This document shows positions 7,941 through 16,369 of a DNA stretch of 32,000 nt, piece after piece. The stretch is from Candidatus Saccharimonadota bacterium (lineage in GTDB: Bacteria > Pseudomonadota > Alphaproteobacteria > CAJXXZ01 > 1604HC). Where the stretch lies: positions 330,001-362,000 of the forward strand of contig NZ_CP043315.1 in the NCBI RefSeq assembly GCF_008189285.1. The letters are read 5' to 3'. The notes beneath the pieces are model-generated. The model saw nothing but the letters and a program-made list of their open reading frames with translations, had not been told where the DNA came from and did no database searches. Numbering within the stretch: position 1 is the stretch's first letter; each line of letters opens with the position of its first letter. A program made the translations under genes and the position numbers.

Positions 7941-8619
7941 ATTCACTTTCCTTAATTTCCTCTTCTTTTAATTGTAATATCTTTTTGTTTTCTAATATAT
8001 AATATTTATGAGATTTAATAAAATTATGCGTAATGCATATGACTGAAGTAGAGTGAGACAAGCTCCATATCAAATTTTCAAACTGCTTAGAGCTAATCGC
8101 ATCCAAACCTGAAAGAGGCTCATCTAAAATCAACAATTCTGGGTCAATAGACATTGCTCTGGCCAGAGAAACTCTTTTAATCATTCCTCCAGAAAGCATG
8201 TGTGGATATTTACAAAAATCTTTTTCAGTCAATCCTGTTAATAATATTTTATTCATAGCTAATTCAAATGACAAATCCCAGTCAAAATTTGCTACATATC
8301 TTAATGGCATAGCAACATTCTCTAAAACAGTTTTATCAGCTAATAAAGCTCCATTTTGTGGTTGAAATCCAATTCTAGATTTGACTTGATTGATATCTAA
8401 TTTTTTACCTTTCCAAAGTACAGATCCTGAGTTAATTTTCATAAAACCTAGCAAAATATTTGCAAAAGATGTTTTTCCAGATCCAGATCTTCCCATCAAA
8501 GAAACAATTTCCCCTTTTTTGATAGAAAAATCTAAATCTTCGTGTATTATTTCTTTGTGAATCTTTGTATTAATTTTAACGCAATCTAATAAACTCATCA
8601 TATCCCCATCTTTGTACAT
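7927..8619 (-). CDS. mlaF: MlaF-like ABC transporter ATP-binding protein
   Basis: It has Walker A GRSGSGKT, the signature LSGGMIKR and Walker B LILDEPLSGLD. An alternative start at 8601 forms an ATGA overlap with the mlaE stop, suggesting translational coupling. Confidence 0.85.
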   Translation of the reverse strand: MYKDGDMMSLLDCVKINTKIHKEIIHEDLDFSIKKGEIVSLMGRSGSGKTSFANILLGFMKINSGSVLWKGKKLDINQVKSRIGFQPQNGALLADKTVLENVAMPLRYVANFDWDLSFELAMNKILLTGLTEKDFCKYPHMLSGGMIKRVSLARAMSIDPELLILDEPLSGLDAISSKQFENLIWSLSHSTSVICITHNFIKSHKYYILENKKILQLKEEEIKESEYVKF

Positions 8620-9587
8620 AAAAACATCACGATCATGTCAAAAACTATAATACCACTTATTGAATAAACTACAGATTTAACTACAGCTTTTCCAAGATTT
8701 TTGATTCCATAATCATATAAAATACCAGCAGAGCACATAACCAATCCAATCCACCATCCAAACACGAGAGATTTTGTTTGAGAGATAAGAAAATTAGTCA
8801 TATTAAAAGAGCTAATCATATGATTTAATGCGAAAATTATATTTGAATTTGAAAGAAAAGAATATGCAATGGATCCAGATGCAAGAGAAAAAATCAATCC
8901 ATACACATTCATAAGAGGCATTATTATCATGCATGCAATCCATTTTGGTTTCAAAACTATATTTTCATTTATATTCATAAAAGACAGCATTTTAAGCTCT
9001 GAATTGATTTTTTGAGCAGATAATTTTGATGTAATGGATGTAACACATTTGCTTGCAATGAGTATTGAAGACATAATTGGAATCATTTCCCTGAATATGA
9101 AAGAAACAAAGAAATGCATTGTAAATGATTCTACTCCTAAATAATAAAGCTGAGCATACCCTTCAAGTACAATTGCCATACCCAATACAGAGCACATTGC
9201 AGCTACTAACAGCAAGCTATTCATTCCTAACTCCGCAAAATCATATACAATATAATCTCTAAATGCTTCTTTTTGAGCGCTATTCAATTTCATTCTTTTT
9301 AAAAATTGTATTTGCATTCTAATAATTTTTGTTATAAACAAATCTTCTTTTTTATCATCGGCATTAATATCTGCATATTTCAAACTTATTCTTTTTTTTC
9401 TATCACTTTTATTATTGTTATATTTATCAACAATATACTCTACATTCAATGATACCTCTCCATCAATTTGCACTTCAGAGATTTTTTCATCTGCATGATT
9501 TATAATATCAATTAAATTAATTAAGTTATCATTATTCCATTTTCCCATTAAAATAAGGGAATTATTAATAAATTTATACTGAACCAT
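8598..9587 (-). CDS. mlaE: MlaE-family ABC permease with an N-terminal extension of about 100 aa (STAS/MlaB-like?)
   Basis: The C-terminal 230 aa match the MlaE pattern (...FREMIPIMSSILIASKCVTSITSKLSAQKINSELKMLSFMNI...VLKPKW.A...MPL...). The N-terminal part (YKFINNSLILMGKWNNDNLINLIDII...) resembles the fused STAS domain seen in long alpha-proteobacterial MlaE proteins. Confidence 0.8.
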   Translation of the reverse strand: MVQYKFINNSLILMGKWNNDNLINLIDIINHADEKISEVQIDGEVSLNVEYIVDKYNNNKSDRKKRISLKYADINADDKKEDLFITKIIRMQIQFLKRMKLNSAQKEAFRDYIVYDFAELGMNSLLLVAAMCSVLGMAIVLEGYAQLYYLGVESFTMHFFVSFIFREMIPIMSSILIASKCVTSITSKLSAQKINSELKMLSFMNINENIVLKPKWIACMIIMPLMNVYGLIFSLASGSIAYSFLSNSNIIFALNHMISSFNMTNFLISQTKSLVFGWWIGLVMCSAGILYDYGIKNLGKAVVKSVVYSISGIIVFDMIVMFLCTKMGI

Positions 9588-9840
9588 TAATTACTATTTA
9601 ATCACAAAATTGTATACAAAAAAATAATTATGATAAATTGCAACGAAAAATCAATAAAATCTTAAATTCTTGTTTGTTCAAAAACAATTATAAGCTGCAT
9701 TTCTTAAAATTGCATTTCTATATTTATTTTCCTATTTTGCATTGTAATAATTGCAAGTATTATGTATTTTCTATGCAAGAAATATACCTTACTTAAGCAT
9801 AAAATTGCTTACAGCAAATATGCATGTTATTCTTAAATTA

Positions 9841-10236
9841 ATGAAAATGGTTTTTATTAATGTTATCAATGCATTCTTTTTATTTAATTTTATAAGGATA
9901 GAAGCTGCAAAAGACTCTGATTATCATGTAAAAAAAATTATGACAAAATGCTATCAAGAGGCGCATGAATCTTGTTTGCAAGATTTTATTGAAAAATTAC
10001 AAGATTTAAATGACATAACAATTAAAATTAAAGTAACTCCAAAAGCAAAATCATCAAGAATTAAAAAAGATAAGGATTTGTATAAAGTTTATGTAACAGA
10101 GCCAGCCAAAAATGGAAAAGCAAATAAAGCTGTTATTGAATTGATTGCAAAACAATTTGGCGTTTCAAAATCAAATGTAATTATTAAAAGCGGATTAACA
10201 AGCAGAGAGAAAATAATTCTTATCAAAGCAAATTAA
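9841..10236 (+). CDS. DUF167/YggU (UPF0235) family protein with a foreign, signal-peptide-like 60-aa N-terminus (chimeric ORF)
   Basis: The C-terminal ITIKIKVTPKAKSSRIKKDKDLYKVYVTEPAKNGKANKAVIELIAKQFGVSKSNVIIKSGLTSREKIILI matches the YggU pattern (V.PKA...KV.V.APP..GKAN.A....LAK.F.V.KS.V.I..G..SR.K). The N-terminal 60 aa are paralogous to ORF 4877..5350. The track start at 9751 is TTG. ATG 9841 (MKMVF...) is preferred. Confidence 0.7.
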   Translation: MKMVFINVINAFFLFNFIRIEAAKDSDYHVKKIMTKCYQEAHESCLQDFIEKLQDLNDITIKIKVTPKAKSSRIKKDKDLYKVYVTEPAKNGKANKAVIELIAKQFGVSKSNVIIKSGLTSREKIILIKAN

Positions 10237-10384
10237 AAATTGAATCAAAATATCAAATAATACTGTTAACTAATAATGATTTCCAAAACTAACAAATAAA
10301 GCATAAATAAATTTTTCTGAAAAAATTATAATGAAAATTACAATCATTTATTGATCAATGCAAAATCATGAAATATAATTAATC

Positions 10385-10840
10385 ATGCAAATAATTATCG
10401 GAACAGATCACAGGGGATTTGAATTAAAACAAGAAATCATGCTCAAAATTGACAAAATCTCTGGCAAAGAGGTAAAAATAATAGATATAGGATGCTATGA
10501 AAATGAAGAAATAGATTTTACAGACGTAGTTTTTGACTTGATTGACAAGTGGAATGAAGATTCTGTAGGGATTTTGATATGCAAAACTGGAATTGGAATG
10601 AGTATTTGTGCAAATCGATTTTCTAACATTAGAGGAGCTATATGCAAAACAATAGATGATGTGATTTCAGCTAGAAGTCATAATGATGCCAATGTATTAA
10701 TTCTTGGAGCTAAAAATGAAAATGAAGATATTTTTAAAATGATTGATGTATTTTTGAATACTAGTTTTAATGATGATGAAAAATACACACGAAGAGTCAG
10801 CAAGATCAATTCAATTAAATGCACTAACAAAATTAATTAA
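10385..10840 (+). CDS. rpiB: Ribose-5-phosphate isomerase B
   Basis: The RpiB/LacA pattern is present: IIIGTDHRGFELK...GILICKTGIGMSICANRF..IRGA.C......SARSHNDANVLILGA. Confidence 0.9.
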   Translation: MQIIIGTDHRGFELKQEIMLKIDKISGKEVKIIDIGCYENEEIDFTDVVFDLIDKWNEDSVGILICKTGIGMSICANRFSNIRGAICKTIDDVISARSHNDANVLILGAKNENEDIFKMIDVFLNTSFNDDEKYTRRVSKINSIKCTNKIN

Positions 10841-10921
10841 ATGATGAGATTTGCTCAATTAAAGCAATTTTTATAAAATTAAATCTTGCAATTGAATTGA
10901 ATCAATTACACAATTGTATAT

Positions 10922-11527
10922 ATGATGATTTTTGCTGATTCAGCTAATTTGGATGACATTCTGCCTTTATCTAAAGCAGGGCTTATAAATGGAATTACTA
11001 CAAATCCAAAATTACTACAACACGACATGAATAAGGCGATAAAAATCTCCGAAATGACAGGTCATAAAGTTAGTTATCAATTAAAAAACTATGATGAATT
11101 TATTGATCAAATTGGAACAGTTTTTCAAAATAAAGATAAAATAATATTAAAAATACCATCTCATCTTGATTATTTTAAACAAGTTGGAGATTTTATTAGA
11201 AATGGACTAGATGTTAATGTGACACTGGCTTTTAATGTAAATCAGGCTATATTAGCAGCTAATTTAGGCGCAAAATATGTTTCATTATTTGTTGGAAGAC
11301 TGGAAGACAATAATGAAGATCCATTCAAAACAATACAAACAATTAGAAGTATATATGATAAAAATAACATTCAAACTCAAATAATAGCTGCATCAATTAG
11401 AAATAGAGATCATGTAGAAAAATCTGCTGCTGCAGGGGCTCATATTGCAACTATTTCTACAAAAATAATAGAAAGTTTATTCAACCATCAATTAACTCAT
11501 AATGGAATAGTTGATTTTGGTAAGTAA
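10922..11527 (+). CDS. tal: Short (about 200 aa) transaldolase / fructose-6-phosphate aldolase family protein
   Basis: Matching segments are FADSAN.....L...GLINGITTNP.LL, the Schiff-base Lys context ILKIP, and VNVTLAFN..QA.LAANLGAKYVSLFVGRLED. Confidence 0.85.
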   Translation: MMIFADSANLDDILPLSKAGLINGITTNPKLLQHDMNKAIKISEMTGHKVSYQLKNYDEFIDQIGTVFQNKDKIILKIPSHLDYFKQVGDFIRNGLDVNVTLAFNVNQAILAANLGAKYVSLFVGRLEDNNEDPFKTIQTIRSIYDKNNIQTQIIAASIRNRDHVEKSAAAGAHIATISTKIIESLFNHQLTHNGIVDFGK

Positions 11528-12464
11528 GCAATTTTTGCAAGATGAAAAATATTCAGAGTTAAGAAAAATAATACGTTCTATAAATTCAGATGAAAACTTA
11601 AATGAAAATCTTTCTGAATTTTCGTACAATATGATTCATGGAGAAAGCAAGCAACTAAATACTGTTTTATCCTATTTATATGATATAAAATTATCTTTAG
11701 ATTTCTTCGCAAAATATAGAAATGAAGATATTTCTCTAAACACAATAAATAAATTAACTAAATTAGATTTTCGAGCTTTGTATTCAAATAGAAAAATTCA
11801 TAATGTAAGTCCTTTTTCTCAAAGAAGACTTCTTTCATCATGGAGAAAATTATTTAAATTTCTAGAATGTGAAAACAATGTGTTGTCTGAGTTAAAAATA
11901 AAAACACCGCAAACATTCCCAAGGTCAATTTCAAAAGAACTAATAGATGATTTGTTGCAAGTAAATGATACATGGATTTCATATAGGAACAGAGCATTGT
12001 GGGGATTATTGTATGGAAGTGGAATGAGAATAAGCGAAGCATTAAGTTTAAATATATCAAATTGGGATTCAAAAAAAGAAAGCATTACAATCAGGGGAAA
12101 AGGTAATGTTATAAGAAAAGTTCCAATATTTAAAATCGTCAATCAATGGATAGAAGAATATTTATTCAGATATCCAATTCAATTAAATAAAAATAACCCC
12201 TTGTTTATTGGGAACAAACTTTCAAGGCTTCACCCTCAAACATGCGCTCATATTCTTGCAAAATGGAGAATAAAAAATAATATAATTCAAAAAATAACAC
12301 CACATAGTTTAAGGCATAGTTTTGCTTCTCATGTGCTAGAAAATGATTGCAATTTAAAAATATTGCAACAAGTTTTGGGTCATAAAAATTTGGATACAAC
12401 CAGTAGATATGTAAGTATAGAGGATAAAAAGCTTGAAAACTCTTTTATGAAAATAATGGAATGA
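11511..12464 (+). CDS. XerC/XerD-type tyrosine site-specific recombinase
   Basis: The catalytic pattern is R (GSGMRISEAL) ... K (RGKG..R.VPI) ... H..R (PHSLRHSFASH) ... H (LGHKNL.TT) ... Y (SRYVSI). The length is about 310 aa. The start is a TTG overlapping the end of tal. I cannot separate XerC from XerD by eye. Confidence 0.8.
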   Translation: MILVSKQFLQDEKYSELRKIIRSINSDENLNENLSEFSYNMIHGESKQLNTVLSYLYDIKLSLDFFAKYRNEDISLNTINKLTKLDFRALYSNRKIHNVSPFSQRRLLSSWRKLFKFLECENNVLSELKIKTPQTFPRSISKELIDDLLQVNDTWISYRNRALWGLLYGSGMRISEALSLNISNWDSKKESITIRGKGNVIRKVPIFKIVNQWIEEYLFRYPIQLNKNNPLFIGNKLSRLHPQTCAHILAKWRIKNNIIQKITPHSLRHSFASHVLENDCNLKILQQVLGHKNLDTTSRYVSIEDKKLENSFMKIME

Positions 12465-12524
12465 GCTATTTGAGCATAATGGAGTAGAGATTTTTCCTGA
12501 AATGTGATAAAAATTCTTTATATA

Positions 12525-13445
12525 ATGTTTGATTTGATTAAAAAATTTAAAAAATTGTTTGACAATTCTAGTAGAGATTTTGCAAAAAGCACTTGCTCCA
12601 ATTCGCCTATGTCAAATAATATTAACTCAGAAGATAATTTGACCGTTTGGGAAAAAGTTCAAATTGCGAGGCATCCAAATAGACCTCATGGTTTAGATTA
12701 TATAAATTATATTTTTAGTGATTTTTTTGAACTATGTGGCGACAGATTTAATGAAAATGACAATGCTATTATTGGTGGAATTGCAAAGCTAGAAAATCAA
12801 TCGATTATGGTAATTGTGCATGAAAAAGGCCATGATATTGAAACAAGAATAAAGCATAATTTTGGAATGGCTAATCCTCATGGATATAAAAAAGCATGCA
12901 GGTTGATGGAAATTGCAAGTGAGCTGAAAATTCCTGTATTAACTTTGATAGATACAAGTGGAGCGTATCCTGGAATTATTTCTGAAGAACGAGGGCAAGG
13001 TTATGTCTTAGCTAAGTGTCTTGAATTATCATCTGATTTAAATGTTCCAAATATTAGCGTAATAATTGGAGAAGGAGGATCTGGAGGAGCAATTTCTTTG
13101 GCTCTTTCTAATGTGGTTTTAATGCTTGAGAATTCTATATATGCAATTATTTCACCCGAGGGGTGCTCTGCAATTTTATGGAAAGATCAAAAATATAAAG
13201 AAAAGGCTGCGGAAGCACAAAAACTAACAGCTCAAGATTTATATAAATACGGAATGATTGACGATATTATTCCAGAACCAAAAGGTGGAGCACATCAATC
13301 AAAAACAGCCACTATGGATCAAGTAAAAAAATATATCATGCACCATGTTAATAAATTAATAAAAGAGTTCAAAGAGAATCCTGAATCAATAAAAAGAAAA
13401 AGGGCTGTTAAGTTTCTTAATATGGGAAATGCAACTGATGCTTAA
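12525..13445 (+). CDS. accA: Acetyl-CoA carboxylase carboxyltransferase subunit alpha
   Basis: It is collinear with E. coli AccA: ARHP.RP..LDY......F.EL.GDR...D.AI.GGIA.L........H.KG......HNFGM..P.GY.KA.RLM..A....PV.T.IDT.GAYPG...EERGQ......GEGGSGGA...ISPEGC..ILWK. The track start is GTG at 12504. The in-frame ATG at 12525 is preferred. Confidence 0.9.
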   Translation: MFDLIKKFKKLFDNSSRDFAKSTCSNSPMSNNINSEDNLTVWEKVQIARHPNRPHGLDYINYIFSDFFELCGDRFNENDNAIIGGIAKLENQSIMVIVHEKGHDIETRIKHNFGMANPHGYKKACRLMEIASELKIPVLTLIDTSGAYPGIISEERGQGYVLAKCLELSSDLNVPNISVIIGEGGSGGAISLALSNVVLMLENSIYAIISPEGCSAILWKDQKYKEKAAEAQKLTAQDLYKYGMIDDIIPEPKGGAHQSKTATMDQVKKYIMHHVNKLIKEFKENPESIKRKRAVKFLNMGNATDA

Positions 13446-13716
13446 CTTTGGCTTCAAAAAATTAATAGGGAATTTAATTAGAATTTCTATATTTGCATTT
13501 TTTGCTATGAAAAACATTGATATGTATTTTAAGATAAATGATTTAAAGTCAAATATGAGAAAATTGAACAATAAAGATCAACAACTTTCAAATGAGATAA
13601 AAAAGATTAGAAATCATATTTGTTTAATGAATAATAATAATATTGATTTAATAGAAACTAAATCTATGTGGTCTCTTGGGTATTCTCCAATTAAATCAAA
13701 AATACTTTTGCATTAA
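13429..13716 (+). CDS. ftsB: Septum-formation initiator (FtsB/DivIC-like) protein
   Basis: The 95-aa ORF has an N-terminal TM helix, then a coiled coil (LKSNMRKLNNKDQQLSNEIKKIRN), then ...DLIETKSMWSLGYSPIKSKIL, which resembles the FtsB tail (D.IEE.AR..LG...PGE). The assignment rests on architecture only. Confidence 0.5.
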   Translation: MQLMLNFGFKKLIGNLIRISIFAFFAMKNIDMYFKINDLKSNMRKLNNKDQQLSNEIKKIRNHICLMNNNNIDLIETKSMWSLGYSPIKSKILLH

Positions 13717-13792
13717 TGAATTTATTTTTAGCAAAAAGGATAAACGAAAGTGTGTAAATGACAAATTATAAAAAAGCAAATAAGGCTAATTT

Positions 13793-14470
13793 ATGAAATA
13801 TAAAAAATCTTTTCAAAGTGAAAAATTTGATCAATCTGCTATAAGCATGAGAAAATCTTCCATGAATATAAATAAATTTTCTGGAAATAACAAACAATCT
13901 TCTCAGAATTTATTTATATCTTCGCTTAAAAATATTTCTATAGGCATTGCTTTTGCATGTTTAAATAGCAGTAATTCATGTTCAATGTCAGAATATTTAA
14001 TGACATTTGGCGCAGTCTATGTTTTTTCTCTGCTTTTTGGAAGAAAGTTATTTTTTTATTCAATTGGATATATAACTGGAATGCATTTTAATATAAAAGG
14101 AGGCTTTCCAGCAGGAGTATTGATGGCGCTTGGATATCAGGAAAAACAAAATAATTTGAATTCATGTAATGACAAGGCATGCAATATGAATGATAGATTT
14201 TCTAAGAATTACACTGTTAAACTGTTTAATAGTATTTCACATGCGACTAATCTATTCAATAAAGTAAAGCGATTTAGTGATTTAATTTATATATCTCTAG
14301 CCATATTGATTGTTTCATCTTATTTTCCTTTGTCTTATTTTGATATCATTTCTATTAAAAAATTGGAAATTCTATTTGATCTAGCTGTTTTTGCAATTAC
14401 GTTTATTTCTTTAAAATTGATTATGAGCTCTTCTTATAATGAAAAATTTAAAAAGACACAAGAGAATTAA
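13793..14470 (+). CDS. Membrane protein, possible highly diverged MrpB/MnhB-like subunit
   Basis: The segment GMHFNIKGGFPAGVLMALGY resembles the MnhB motif H.SPGGGF.GG.I.A. It sits directly upstream of the mrpC- and mrpD-like genes. The N-terminal 45 aa are polar and low-complexity. Confidence 0.35.
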   Translation: MKYKKSFQSEKFDQSAISMRKSSMNINKFSGNNKQSSQNLFISSLKNISIGIAFACLNSSNSCSMSEYLMTFGAVYVFSLLFGRKLFFYSIGYITGMHFNIKGGFPAGVLMALGYQEKQNNLNSCNDKACNMNDRFSKNYTVKLFNSISHATNLFNKVKRFSDLIYISLAILIVSSYFPLSYFDIISIKKLEILFDLAVFAITFISLKLIMSSSYNEKFKKTQEN

Positions 14471-14487
14471 TTGATGAAGAGCACAAC

Positions 14488-14694
14488 GTGATTAGTATAA
14501 TGATATTATTAACATTTGGATTGTACTTTATAAGACAAAACAACAACACATCCATATTCGGATATATTTTAATAGGGCAGGCAATTAATTTATTTTTGCT
14601 TTATTTGCATAAAAACAATTTATTGGAACAATCTTTTATCCTTACTTCAATTGTAATTGGACTTGGAATGATTGCGTTGTTGTTAAAAAAATGA
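14488..14694 (+). CDS. mrpC: MrpC/MnhC (NuoK-like) antiporter subunit, compact 68-aa version
   Basis: It has three short TM helices. GYILIGQAINLFLL and ...FILTSIVIGLGMIALLL match the MnhC/NuoK pattern (IG..L...AVNL ... ALVLTAIVI.FA). Its stop overlaps the next start (ATGA). Confidence 0.5.
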   Translation: MISIMILLTFGLYFIRQNNNTSIFGYILIGQAINLFLLYLHKNNLLEQSFILTSIVIGLGMIALLLKK

Positions 14695-15980
14695 TGCTAA
14701 CATTATCTTCTGCATCTTTGTTCATTTTATTTTCTGCAGTTTTATTGAATATTTTTTTTGATAAATTAAAGTGCAATTCATTAACTATAAAATATACCAA
14801 TATATCAGTTATATTTATTTGTTCTGCATTATTGTTACATGATTACTATTCTATTAATATGCAATTAATTAATTTTGACCCAAGAATTATAAAAATCATG
14901 CCAAATAACATTGGTATATTTATAGCATTATCTGCAAGCGCATTAACTTCTTTAGCAATATTGTGTAGTCCAAACTTATCAATTGGATTTCTAGCCAATT
15001 TATATGGAATATATAAAATAACTTGCACAACAGATTTTTTCAATATGTATGTTGGATATGAAATAGTTTTAATTGGATTTTTATTTTGCTTGATAAAATC
15101 TGGATTCTCTCAATGGAAACAATACTTAAAATATCAAATGATGGCTAGTTTTATCATTGTATTTGGAGTCGCATTATTCTATTTAGAACAAGGGCACTTA
15201 ATAATATTTTCACAACAAAAGCCATTCATATCTTCATATGTTATGTTGATAGGATTTTTAATCAAATGCGGAATATACCCATTTGGACTATGGATATCAT
15301 TGTATAAAAATATGCCAAATTATATATCATTTTGGGCGTCAGGAATTATAACAAAAATATCCTTATACTCAATTTTAATACTAATGCCATGGATTAGGAT
15401 GGATGCTTTGCCTTTCAAACAAATTAACATATTGGAAATATTGTCAATTATTAGCTCTATTTTTGGATCAATTTTAGCATATCAATCTAGAGAAAATAGA
15501 AAAATACTTAGTTTTCACATCATGAGTCAAATTGGAATTTTATTAAATATTGCTATTTTTGAATTTTGTTTTTTTGATAAATCAGGCAATTTTTACCTTA
15601 CTAAATTATACTTATTGCATCATATATGGACAAAATCAACTTTGTTTCTTATGGAAGATTGTAAAAAATCTTGGATACTAAAATATGCTGCATTATCATT
15701 AGTAGGCGCTCCATTAACTCCAGGGTTTTTGGCAAAATTTAGCGCATTGTATTTCATGATTTCGAAGCAATATTATTTAGGAGCAATTAATTTAATATTT
15801 TCTAGTTTAATAACTGCATTTTCAATGGAGAAATTTTTAAATAAAAATACATATCGCTTAAATTACATGAAAGAAAGTGGTCAAAAAATTAATAATATTA
15901 ATTTTAAAAATAAAGTATCAATAGCATCATTGCTAGCTCATGCTATTTTAATTCTTGGATTAATGAAAGCTTTTATATAG
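14691..15980 (+). CDS. mrpD: MrpD/NuoN-type proton-conducting membrane transporter subunit (diverged)
   Basis: The 429-aa polytopic protein has a central segment LIKCGIYPFGLWISLYKNMPNYISFWASGIITKISLYSIL that matches the K.A..PFH.WLP.A...AP.P.SA......K.G.Y core of the family. Confidence 0.6.
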   Translation: MMLTLSSASLFILFSAVLLNIFFDKLKCNSLTIKYTNISVIFICSALLLHDYYSINMQLINFDPRIIKIMPNNIGIFIALSASALTSLAILCSPNLSIGFLANLYGIYKITCTTDFFNMYVGYEIVLIGFLFCLIKSGFSQWKQYLKYQMMASFIIVFGVALFYLEQGHLIIFSQQKPFISSYVMLIGFLIKCGIYPFGLWISLYKNMPNYISFWASGIITKISLYSILILMPWIRMDALPFKQINILEILSIISSIFGSILAYQSRENRKILSFHIMSQIGILLNIAIFEFCFFDKSGNFYLTKLYLLHHIWTKSTLFLMEDCKKSWILKYAALSLVGAPLTPGFLAKFSALYFMISKQYYLGAINLIFSSLITAFSMEKFLNKNTYRLNYMKESGQKINNINFKNKVSIASLLAHAILILGLMKAFI

Positions 15981-16000
15981 CATTCATTTTCTGATATTTT

Positions 16001-16116
16001 ATTCAATCTTTTATTCAATCTTTTATTCAATCTTTTATTCAATCTTTTATTCAATCTTTTATTTAATCTTTTATTTAATCTTTTATTTAATCTTTTATTT
16101 AATCTTTTATTTAATC
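16001..16116. repeat. 12-bp tandem repeat, about 9.7 copies in two homogeneous blocks
   Basis: attcaatctttt x5 (16001-16060) is followed by atttaatctttt x4 (16061-16108) and a partial copy atttaatc (16109-16116). It lies in the convergent spacer between mrpD and nrdJ. Confidence 0.95.
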
Positions 16117-16369
16117 ATTATTGAAAATTGATTTAATGAATATTGTTGAAATTATTAAAGATTAATTATTTTATTCTTAACTTTTTAATTTCGCTGAAAA
16201 TTTTTACTATAAATTGTAAATTTTTGTTGAATATTTCATTCTGTTTTGGGAAAATAAAAATCTCTTGCGAGAAAGAATTATAAGCTTTTATTTTTTCATT
16301 TGCATTATTAATTTTTACTTTATGGTTTGGGCAAAATTTCAACAAACAAAGCATGAATATTCTTTGATT

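Noticed and set aside
11511-12464. The tyrosine recombinase as an integrase marking a genomic island or mobile element.
   Set aside because: Its size and motifs fit chromosomal XerC/XerD. It sits between tal and accA with overlapping or short spacers. There is no adjacent tRNA, no flanking direct repeats and no cargo genes.
16001-16116. Possible CRISPR array, given its regular short repeats.
   Set aside because: The units are contiguous 12-mers with no spacers and there are no cas genes nearby. It is a simple tandem repeat.
16251-16285. A hairpin, tctc-ttgc-gaga, followed on the minus strand by a U-run. It could be a candidate nrdJ terminator.
   Set aside because: The stem has only 4 bp (2 G:C), which is too weak to call an intrinsic terminator from sequence alone. 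I found no convincing GC-rich terminator hairpins anywhere in the window.
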